A DNA stretch of 47,345 nt, taken from assembly GCA_002269645.1 (NCBI GenBank), contig NIVC01004394.1, positions 1-47,345 of the forward strand, read 5' to 3'. The notes under the pieces are model-generated. The model made no database searches and was not told the DNA's origin. It was given only the letters and a program-made list of their open reading frames with translations. Shown here one piece after another: positions 35,523 to 45,423 of the stretch (within the stretch, counting starts at the first letter, position 1; each line of letters begins with the position of its first letter). This DNA is from Macrostomum lignano (lineage: Eukaryota). The translations under genes were made by a program, and so were the position numbers.

Positions 35523-35728
35523 AACAGGTGATGGGGTTGCCGTATTTGCTGCAGCTATCGTGCAGTGTTGGTGGCGAACAGGTGATGGGGTTGCCGTATT
35601 TGCTGCAGCTATCGTGCAGTGTTGGTGGCGAACAGGTGATGGGGTTGCCGTATTTGCTGCAGCTATCGTGCAGTGTTGGTGGCGAACAGGTGATGGGGTT
35701 GCCGTATTTGCTGCAGCTATCGTGCAGT
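35523..35728. repeat. 54-bp tandem repeat, ~3.8 identical copies
   Basis: AACAGGTGATGGGGTTGCCGTATTTGCTGCAGCTATCGTGCAGTGTTGGTGGCG repeated. Confidence 0.95.
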
Positions 35729-37042
35729 CTTGTTGGGGATTGGGGCGGCCGTACTTTTGCATAAATTTTCTGACAAGCCTTAGCTAAACTGAAGAAGAGA
35801 TCGATAGCATAAAATCCGTCTAAGCTTGTACTCAACAGAATTGCTACAAGCCTCACTTAGGCAACATTTGAGCGGAAAAGAATATTTCTGGGCCTGCTGC
35901 AAAAGATTTATGAAAATCTCTTCTAACCGGGTCTTCAGTCCTTCAGGAAACAGACAAGCCTCAGTCTAATGGGAAGCAATATAAAAGTGCATGCTTTTCG
36001 CAATTCGCAATTGCACCAGCTGGAAAAATAAGAAATTTAGCTTTGGAGCATTGCATGATTGTAGAGTCGGAATGTTTAACACCCTCCAATCAGGTTGCGT
36101 GCGAGAGCGCATGCTTCCTGTAAAGTGAGGATTCGGAATGGATTGTAGCAACTTGATAAAAGTCCATCTGTAAAAATAAACTCCATTTGAACAGAATGCA
36201 CACATTTGAAATTCGCAAGTCCATCTTTTGAACTTGTGCTCGCTACGAGAGAACTTTTTGAGATTTGAGATAAGCCAGCACATTTGCCTCTATGAACCGC
36301 CACTGCATGTGCTTGAGTAGTTTCAACTCAACTTGGTAAAAAAATATCCTGAACCGAGCCGAAAAGCTTAACATCAAGAACCCATTTGAACTCTCACTTG
36401 AGCAGTTTATAAATAACCGTAGCATGAAATTAAATTTCACGCACACCCGAGTATCACTCTTAACTCAGCCGACCAGCCAGCAAGTTACCTTAGATACCAA
36501 AATACGGGGATACTTCTATAATCGAACGATGAATGATAGGCTTCTCAGACGAGTGGTGTTTCAGTTGTTTATGCACCAGTGGCACAGGTTTGGGGCCACG
36601 CATCAAGGAAGCTGTGACCAGATCAAGAGGCGCATGAAATGGCGAATCCGTGAGCTCCTTGCTTTCCCCATACAGGTATTTATAGTTTCCTAAACTTTTT
36701 GAGCCGAAGCTTAGCTGTTGCAAGAAAAAGTTTCTGGACGGGCAAGGATCGGCTGAATATTCTAATCCCGGGATATTGTGGAATAATCTGGAATCAAATA
36801 TTCATTCGTGACTGTTACTAGATTAAGTTATGACTTCTGCCAGTTGCAGAGAGCAAATTTTAATATGGAAAAATGTCTTTGGATTTCAGATGAAAGGACA
36901 AAATAGGCAGAATACATGTGGAATAACTGCAGCTGCAGTAATTATTTATGAAGGTGTGACACAGGACATTAAATAAAGGTGGCTGTTCCATTAAGCCATG
37001 CGAATGCAGCAGCAATGAAACTCAATACTGTTGAACACTATG

Positions 37043-37949
37043 CCAGACATCAGCCTTAAATGACACTGGTAGACACTACCAGACATCAGCTTTAAATGAC
37101 ACTGGTAGACACTACCAGACATCAGCCTTGAATGACACTACCTGCCTGGACTTTGGTCCGGTTCTTTCGTCCGCTTACTTCTCTTAGTTCGTCCGATTGA
37201 TAATGCATTTTTTTCATAAGGAAAAATCGGGCGGAGCGGACGAAAAGTTACGAAATCGGACGAAAAATTCACCTCACGTGAGGTTCGTCCGCACGTTAGT
37301 CCGCTGTTTGATCCGATTTTTGATCTGCTACTTCGCCCGATTTACTTATAAATCGAATCGGACGAGCAGGCGGATTAAAAGCGGGTGAAATGCGGACGAA
37401 CTGCTTCAGTTGGCGAATCGGACGAACAGGCGGATTAAAAAAGCGGGTGAAATGCGGACGAACCACTTTAGTTGGCGTATCGGACGAACAGGCGGATTAA
37501 AAGCGGGTGAAATGCGGACGGACCACTTTAGTTGGCGAATCGGACGAGCAGGCGGATTAAAAGCGGGTGAAATGCGGACGAACCGCTTCAGTTGGCGAAA
37601 TGGACGAACAGGCGGATTAAAAGCGGGTGAAATGCGGACGAACCGCTTCAGTTGGCGTATCGGACGAGCAGGCGGATAAAAAGCGGGTGAAATGCGGACG
37701 AACCGCTTTAGTTGGCGTATCGGACACTGAAACTGGTAGACACTACCAGACATCAGCCGTAAATGACACTGGTAGACACTACCAGACATCAGCCGTAAAT
37801 GACACTGGTAGACACTACCAGACATCAGCCGTAAATGACACTGGTAGACACTACCAGACATCAGCCGTAAATGACACTGGTAGACACTACCAGACATCAG
37901 CCGTAAATGACACTGGTAGACACTACCAGACATCAGCCGTAAATGACAG
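37043..37949. repeat. 36-bp array (GACACTGGTAGACACTACCAGACATCAGCCGTAAAT) split by a ~590-bp insert that carries a 60-bp array (37342-37725)
   Basis: 36-mer at 37043-37140 and 37731-37949. The insert is rich in TTCGTCCG / CGGACGAA motifs and has ~6 copies of a 60-bp unit. Confidence 0.9.
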
Positions 37950-38611
37950 TACTAACTCTCAGCTTATGAAAGAATCCAAAACCAAAACAGTCTTAAGTGT
38001 TTTTCTTATCTAACGAATAGTGAAAATTGAGAAAATAGAAAAAACAGCGGGATAGAAGCAACACAAGTTTCGCCGCTATTAAATTCTATATTCATCGGGT
38101 TGGACAAACTGCCTTATATATTTTCCAGCTCAAAAACAAATCACTGACCTTCCGACGCGAGTGACCTGACATCATTTTCGATCGAATAACTAAACTGCGA
38201 TTTAATATGCAAATAAGTTAGCAACAAAATTAATTTTAACGCAAATGCTAAGTGTTTTGCAGATGCCACACTATTACACTTCTAATTCTCCTTATGTGTA
38301 AGTGCAATAAAAACCTCAATAATGGGCATCCCAGATTTAAGCTAACATAGCTAACTATAGTTAACACAAACACAAGAGATGGTAATTTTCAACTATAAAT
38401 TATTGAGAACAAAGTTACAGTAAAAAGCTGATTTACCGTAGATTAATTCTTATCACTGGTAGGCTGGATTTTGCTAACCTTTCTCACTGGCCAGCCTCTT
38501 AAATACACAAATTATACTACTAAAGAGACTGCTGTTTCTGACTCAGCTTTGGCCATAGACATCTTGCTTGACGGCCGCGGAGACATTCGAAATTTGGTAG
38601 ATTAGCACGCC

Positions 38612-38996
38612 AGCCATGGGTGAAGGAATAAAGGATCGCTCATCTGAAAGAGAGTCTATGGCCAAGACTTCCTAAAAATTGGGTGGGATATCCCCCCCCA
38701 TGAATTTCATTGGCTGCTGGAATTTAATAATAGTCCACCCTAAGCTCTTACTGGCTGAAGCTTGTACGCAGGGGAAATCCCCAAGTCACGATTTACGCGC
38801 ATGCTAGGCTGTAGTATAATGAACATAGATAGCCTTTTCTCTTGTTTTAAATTCTAACTACTTTCCATAAGCCGTCGTGGCCCAGAGGAAGAAAGGACTA
38901 TTATTAACTTCCAGCAGCCAATGAAATTCATGGGGGAGTCTTGACCATAGACTCGCTTTCAGATGGGCGATCCTTTCTATTCCTTCATCCATGACT
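38612..38996. repeat. Long inverted repeat (fold-back, MITE-like) just downstream of PHB1
   Basis: Arm 38612-38736 is the reverse complement of 38895-38996 over ~100 bp, with a few mismatches and one ~24-bp indel. Confidence 0.85.
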
Positions 38997-39084
38997 CCAG
39001 CCCAGTGCATTACAATTAGGCTACGGAAAAAACTAGGAAATGTCTGCAACCCTGTCATTTTGCTTTGAAAATATTCTGGTCAGT

Positions 39085-40528
39085 TCACTGCGGCAACTGC
39101 AGCAGAGTGGTCTGGCCAGTTGGCAAGTAGGCCACCCTGGGATTCTTGCCCAGCTGATAGGCCACATCTTCGGACGCTTCGATCCGACGCAACTCAATCA
39201 GGCCTTCGCCAACTTTGCCGAACGCCTCGGACAGAAGCTTAGCAGCCAGGGCGTCGCCTTCTGCCGACACGATGGCCGCTTTCTTGGTTTGCTCGGCTTT
39301 TTCAACAAGAAACCGAGCCCGCTCCGCCTCCTGCTGAGCCACCTGCTTGGCTTCTACCGCGTCAGAGAATTCCTTGCCGAATGTCAGATGCGTCAGCGCG
39401 ATGTCGTCGATCGTGATGCCGAAGCTGTAGGCGCGTTCCACTAGGCCTTCGCGGACCTGCAGTATTCAGCAGTTAGGAGAGAGGCTTAAGCACTGTACTT
39501 TTAGTGAGTTGCTGCTTGCACTTAGTACAATACAATATTCAGTGGGTCAGTGAGTCAGTGGGTGTGTTAGTGGGTCAATAGACACTGTCAGAGGGTCAAT
39601 TAATGAGTCAGTGGATCAGAGGGTCAGTCAGTGGGTGACTCAATGGGTCAGAGGGTCAATCAGTGGGTGAATCAATGGGTCAGAGAGTAAATCAGCGGAT
39701 GACTCAATGAGTCAGAGGGTCAATCAGTGGGTGACTCAATGGGTGAGAGGGTCAATCAGTAGGTGACTCAGTGGATCAGAGGATCAATCAGTGGGTGACT
39801 CAGTGGGTCAGAGGGTCAATCAGTGGGTGACTCAGTGGGTGAGAGGGTCAATCAGTGGGTGACTCAGTGGGTCAAGAGGGTCAATCAGTGGGTGACTCAG
39901 TGGGTCAGAGGATCAATCAGTGGGTGACTCAGTGGGTGAGAGGGTCAATCAGTGGGCGACTCAGTGGGTCAGAGGGTCAATCAGTGGGTGAATCAGTGGG
40001 TCAGAGGGTCAATCAGTGGGCGACTCAGTGGGTCAGAGGGTCAATCAGTGGGTGACTCAGTGGGTCAGTCAGCCAGTGGCGCACCTTCTGAGACACCACC
40101 TCTCGCTGGGTGATGAGCTCGGACGCGTCGAACTGAGCCACCACGGCCTTCAGCACCTCGTTAGTGATGGACGGCAGGACGCGTTCGTCATAGTCGGCGC
40201 CAAGATTGTTGAGTATCTGGGGCAGCTGCTCAGACTGAGGCCTGAACAGAATGCGCAGCGAGATGTTGACATTCTGCAGGTCCTTGCTGCCGGTCACGAC
40301 GGAGACCAGACGGGGGCGGCAGCGAATCTCGAAAATGGTCGGCCGCTGCAGCCAGGGAATGCGAAAGTGCGTGCCCTCGCTATAGACCTCCTGCTTGACG
40401 CCCGAGAATCTGTCAAAGATGACAGCCTGCTCGCCAGCGTCAACATTATAAACGGCCGCTTGAACAGCACTGCCAATGGCCGCGGCGCCGAGGCCAAGGA
40501 TGCCGAGCTTATTAAGTAGACTTTGCAT
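39085..40528 (-). CDS. PHB1: Prohibitin 1; exons 40528-40085 and 39456-39085 (271 aa)
   Basis: [24 protein letters not shown]-like [95 protein letters not shown]. Phase-0 GT-AG intron. Confidence 0.97.
39541..40075. repeat. 32-bp minisatellite (GACTCAGTGGGTCAGAGGGTCAATCAGTGGGT) filling most of the PHB1 intron
   Basis: About 15 units, decaying toward the acceptor end. Confidence 0.95.
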
Positions 40529-40571
40529 ATTGTTTGTCACCAACGCATCAGTGGTAATCAGTGCAATATGT

Positions 40572-41154
40572 AAAACTAACCCTAGTGAGGAAGCGACTCA
40601 ACACTGAAAATCCCAGCTCTTATGAACTCAAAACTAACCCTAGTGAGGAAGCGACTCAACACTGAAAATCCCAGCTCTTATGAACTCAAAACTAACCCTA
40701 GTGAGGAAGCGACTCAACACTGATAATCCCAGCTCTTATGAACTCAAAACTAACCCTAGTGAGGAAGCGACTCAACACTGATAATTCCAGCTCTTATGAA
40801 CTCAAAACTAACCCTAGTGAGGAAGCGACTCAACACTGATAATCCCAGCTCTTATGAACTCAAAACTAACCCTAGTGAGGAAGCGACTCAACACTGATAA
40901 TTCCAGCTCTTATGAACTCAAAACTAACCCTAGTGAGGAAGCGACTCAACACTGATAATCCCAGCTCTTATGAACTCAAAACTAACCCTAGTGAGGAAGC
41001 GACTTAACACTGATAATCCCAGCTCTTATGAACTCAAAACTAACCCTAGTGAGGAAGCGACTCAACACTGATAATCCCAGCTCTTATGAACTCAAAACTA
41101 ACCCTAGTGAGGAAGCAACTCAAAGCCACTGATTATCCCAGCTCTTATATGAAC
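40572..41154. repeat. 58-bp tandem repeat, 10 copies, immediately 5' of the PHB1 start codon
   Basis: Unit AAAACTAACCCTAGTGAGGAAGCGACTCAACACTGATAATCCCAGCTCTTATGAACTC starts every 58 bp from 40572 to 41094; last copy degenerate. No spacers, so not CRISPR. Confidence 0.97.
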
Positions 41155-42633
41155 CCAATGTAACTGAAGGAGACAAAGATTCAAAAATGAAACCGCAAAT
41201 AATAACAAAGGTAAGCTAGCAATCCAATTTATTTGATAAAAGTACAAGCGTATAGTAGCTAGATGACTCAGCATTAAGCAGCAGTGATCCCTCACAATGC
41301 CAATCACAGTGTGTGTAACTATAAAAGACCTGCGCAGGATTATACGAGTATTAGAAAGGTATAAAGGAGAGCAAGACAGTTGAGAGCAGGGACCGATAAG
41401 AATGGAGAATTTATATTAATAAGTGCATAAGAGACTACAGGTAACATTGTAAAAATCATTAACATCTGATCTATTCTCATGTACGTGTAGTATATACAGG
41501 TGTGAATGTGTGCGTAACAAACTTATATCATTTTTTTCCTTAGTAACAAATATTTATTCATAAGTAAAGCATTAATTATTAATTAAAGTTATCACAAAAT
41601 TGTAGAAATATTCAACATAAAAACACAATAACAATAAAACAGTAAGCATTGCATATTGTTAATGTGACTTAATAAAAAAAAACTATTATCGCACAACACC
41701 CAGAGTAGAGATTCAGGCAAATAGATAAAATATAAAAAAATGAAAAGTTAATAAGCTTGGTCTAAAGTTATGTAGAAAAGAATACTGCTTGCAGCATTGT
41801 GACTTTATAATTTTTCTCTTCATCAAAATAGGGCTAACTTCAGGGAATACGAAATTCCACGTTAGTCTGTGAAATTGAAATAAGCAGATAAGCTTAGACT
41901 TGCAGCTATTAATTAAATTGAGCCAAATTTATTAATTAGCAAGCTATATGATTATAGGCTGGATATAATCAAATTGATTGCGAGCTATGCTCATCTCCTT
42001 AACTCGTTATTTTTTAATAAGTAATTTGTTTTAGCAGAAAAAGCTTTTAATTAATGAGAAAATCAATTTAAAGCAGACACATTACCACGGATTGTTACAA
42101 CATGATCTTTTTGCCTGCCTACCTGTGCCCGTTAATAGCTATAGACCCATTGACGCCCGCTAATCGAGCGGTAGAGAAAGCACAAAAACTGGTTGATACA
42201 GCAAGCTGTCTATGGCCAAAACTCTATTAATCACCAGCAAATCGCGTAAACTTTTGAAGTTCATTTATTGAAAAAAATAGTCAATGGTAGTGAGTGGGTG
42301 GCGGCTCTGGTCGGACCGCCCCTGCACCTCTTTTTCAATTTAATGCTCTCCCTATATCCCTGTTTTGGCCATAGACAATCGTCGAAGCGTGGGTTGAATA
42401 TGGCTGGCCGAGTCCTTAATTTCAATGCTCGACTTCCAAGGACTGCTAGCAGGATTTTCGCTCCGACCATAAACAATTACATGTACGAGCTATTTAGGGC
42501 TGGATCACAGAGCTTGAATTACAAACATTGAAATTGGACTATATGTACTCGATAGATCCGATCTCTCGCATTATTGCTGAAGTTTTCTTTTAACGTAGGC
42601 TGTATCCTTATACCGGTATTGTAACCTTTAGCC

Positions 42634-42973
42634 CAAGGTTCGGCAAACTCCAGCCCGCAAAGCCTCTTTATCCAACCCTCTGGTCCTTTGAAACTTCACA
42701 ATAGAAATCTTGCCGCTCAGGGTTCTTAGCTCTTTTACCTTGTCTCTCCTATTATCTTCTTTCTATCATCTCTTTTCTGTTTTAATATCTCATCTCGTAT
42801 CTATCTTTTCATATTCTCTCTCTCGTCCCATATCCTCTATTGCATTTTCTCGCTTCTTTAATCTCTAATCCCCATATCTCCTTTATTCCCTTTTATTTCC
42901 TCTATTATCTGACCCACAGCCAAGAGCTGGTTTCTTGAACTTGTCTTGAGGTAAAATAGTTTGCCGACTTCTG
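42634..42973. mobile_element. hAT (Charlie-like) MITE, ~16-bp imperfect TIR, 8-bp TSD CT(T/A)TAGCC
   Basis: Left CAAGGTTCGGCAAACT versus reverse complement of the right end CAGAAGTCGGCAAACT. TSD CTTTAGCC (42626-42633) / CTATAGCC (42974-42981), 7/8 identical. Confidence 0.75.
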
Positions 42974-43026
42974 CTATAGCCCAATGAGCTCGCTAAATGC
43001 TATATTAGCCAAGCCTGAATAAAGAC

Positions 43027-44316
43027 TCAGTGCTTCTGGGACTGCTGCTGATGCTGCATATCGAATGAAATCTGAGAAGCTGACATAGAAGCCGGAGCTT
43101 GCGATGCCTTCTCACTGCCGCTGCCCATATAGATGCTAGTGATCAGAGGATCGTCAGGCACAAAGCACAGCTCTTCCAATGGCCCAATGCTGTCAGTCAT
43201 AATACTCTCGGGCAGGTCCTTCCACTTGCCCCTCAGGATGCCTAACCGGTTGTTAGCAGAGCTAGCAGCAGCGGCCGAGCTGCCGCCAGCTCGCGACGGG
43301 TTGGAGGCCGCCGAGGCGCCGATGATCTTGGCCGCGGCCACCTCCTCGGCTTGTTCGCACTCGAGGCGAGCCACGCGCTGGGCCAGATCAGCGCTGCGCT
43401 CCGTCTCTTTGAGGCGCCACAGCACCTGCGGGCGTGGGGAGACGCAGCTCAACAATAGCAACAGCTAAGTAGATCAAGATTTGAGGTCGGACGAAACGAG
43501 AGATGTTAAAGCTCCTGCGTATTCGCGCGAGAGCTGCCGGACAGCCTGGCTTAACGCCTTTGACAATTCTGCCCATTCCGCTGACTTCTGAGCACATACA
43601 AGCGCACCAATACTGTACACAGGCATGCACTAATGCACACGGCCACACAGGTGTACACAGTGGCTATCGCATGCTTTTACACCATTATAGATAGTGACAC
43701 CAACTTTGACTAATGTGTCATTGAATGTCAATGCATTTTTATAAACCTTTTATTTACAATAGCTAAAATTGAAAATATAAGTTTCACAACATATCGGTCA
43801 CTGACCTGCTCCTCCCGCCTAGCCGCCTCCGCTTGAGCCAGGCGCCGCTCGGCCTCTCGCAGCTCATTCCTCAGAGCTTTCTCTCTCTCCGCTGACTCAG
43901 CCAGCAGCTGCTCGGCCCGGTCCCGGCCTTGCCAGGCTCGGCTGAGTCGCCCAGCGCACAGCTGGTGCTCAGCCTCAGCCTGCATCAGCCGGTGACGCAG
44001 TTCTCGACACTGCGGACAAGATGATGCGCCTGAAGACTGCTGCTGCTGCTGCTGCTGAAGGTCTCGCAGGCGAAGCGAACCTTCGGCTTCGCGCATTTTA
44101 ATCGTCACCAGCTCCTCCTGTAGGCCAGCCAGCTCTTCGGCCAGCCTGACCGATTCAGCCTCCAGCTGGCGGCTGCGAGCCTCCGATTCGCGCTGCAGTG
44201 CTCGGGCGTCGCAGGCCTCCAGCTGGGCGGTCAGGAGGGCTCCATCCGGGTCAGCTGACTCTGAGCCCGCCGCCGCCCTAGGGGCGTCCCCGCACTTATC
44301 AGCTGGAGGCTTCTGG
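43027..44316 (-). CDS. EVI5: EVI5-like (TBC-family RabGAP) C-terminal coiled-coil exons, ~44316-43806 and 43425-43027; 5' exons outside the window
   Basis: LQEELVTIKMREAEGSLRLRDL..NELREAERRLAQAE..REEQ|VLWRLKETERSADLAQRVARLE resembles the EVI5 coiled coil (LQDELMTIRLREAE..QLSEAKRKQAEIE..EEVMAVRLREAD..AELRQHIAELE). Phase-0 intron 43426-43805; upstream acceptor ambiguous (44316 or 44312). TBC domain not in the window. Confidence 0.75.
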
Positions 44317-44429
44317 CTGGAGGATGACATGCAAGCAATGGAACAGTAAGACTATTAGAATGAATAACCTGCAAGCTCTTGACCTACCCACTCCCCATTG
44401 ATCTGGCCTATATGCTGGCCTCTATTGTC

Positions 44430-45110
44430 TACCTCACACTCTCCTCTCCTATCTACCCCACACTCTCCTCTCTTGTCTACTCCACACTCTCATCTCTTAT
44501 ACACCCCACACTCCCCTCTCCTGTCTACCCCATACTCCCCTCTCCTGTCTACCCCACACTCCCCTCTCCTGTCTACCTCACACTCCCTCTTCAGTCTACC
44601 TCATACTCCCCTCTCCAGTCTACCCCACACTCCCCTCTCCAGTCTACCCCACACTATCTCTCCTGTCTACCTCACACTATCTCTCCTGTCTACCTCACAC
44701 TATCTCTCCTGTCTACCTCACACTCCCCTCTATAGTCTACCTCATACTCCCCTCTCCAGTCTACCTCACACTCCCCTCTCCTGTCTACCTCATACTCCCT
44801 CTCCAGTCTACCCATACTCCCCTCTCTACGTCTCCAGTCTACCCCACACTTCCCTCTCCAGTCTACCCCACACTCCCCTCTCCAGTCTACCCCACACTCC
44901 CCTCTCCTGTCTACCTCATACTCCCCTCTCCAGTCTACCCCACACTCCCCTCTCCAGTCTACCCCACACTCCCCTCTCCAGTCTACCCCACACTCCCCTC
45001 TCCAGTCTACCCCACACTCCCCTCTCCAGTCTACCCCACACTCCCCTCTCCAGTCTAACCCAAACTCCCCTCTCCTGTCTACCCCATACGTATACTCCCC
45101 TCTATACCTG
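44430..45110. repeat. 24-bp minisatellite (CTCTCCAGTCTACCCCACACTCCC), ~27 degenerate copies
   Basis: Directly visible; G-rich on the minus strand. Confidence 0.95.
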
Positions 45111-45423
45111 ACACTATCAGCCGACAAAAACACAAATAAAGGTGCAAAATATCTGTAAAACATTAATTGGCACGCAATTTACGCAGCCGTATATTTGCAT
45201 TCCCAATCACAGGTTGCGGTAATGCAATCAGTTTAAAAATATTAAAGACAATGCATCATTGCTCCGGCTAGAGTAACAAAAAATGTTAATACAATTTACA
45301 ATTCTGCTGGCATCGGTCAATTGTTTATATTGATACGAGTACAAAAATACATAGGAATTCAATCATAAATTCGCGTAAAATTCAAAGATGATAAGATAAA
45401 CTTTACTTCATCATCATGAGACG

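Noticed and set aside
33482-36723. Scattered ORFs and a long stop-interrupted plus frame (35760-36693)
   Set aside because: No recognisable domain, and stop density is not clearly below chance.
40572-41154. CRISPR-like regular array
   Set aside because: Units are contiguous with no unique spacers, there are no cas genes, and the context is eukaryotic.
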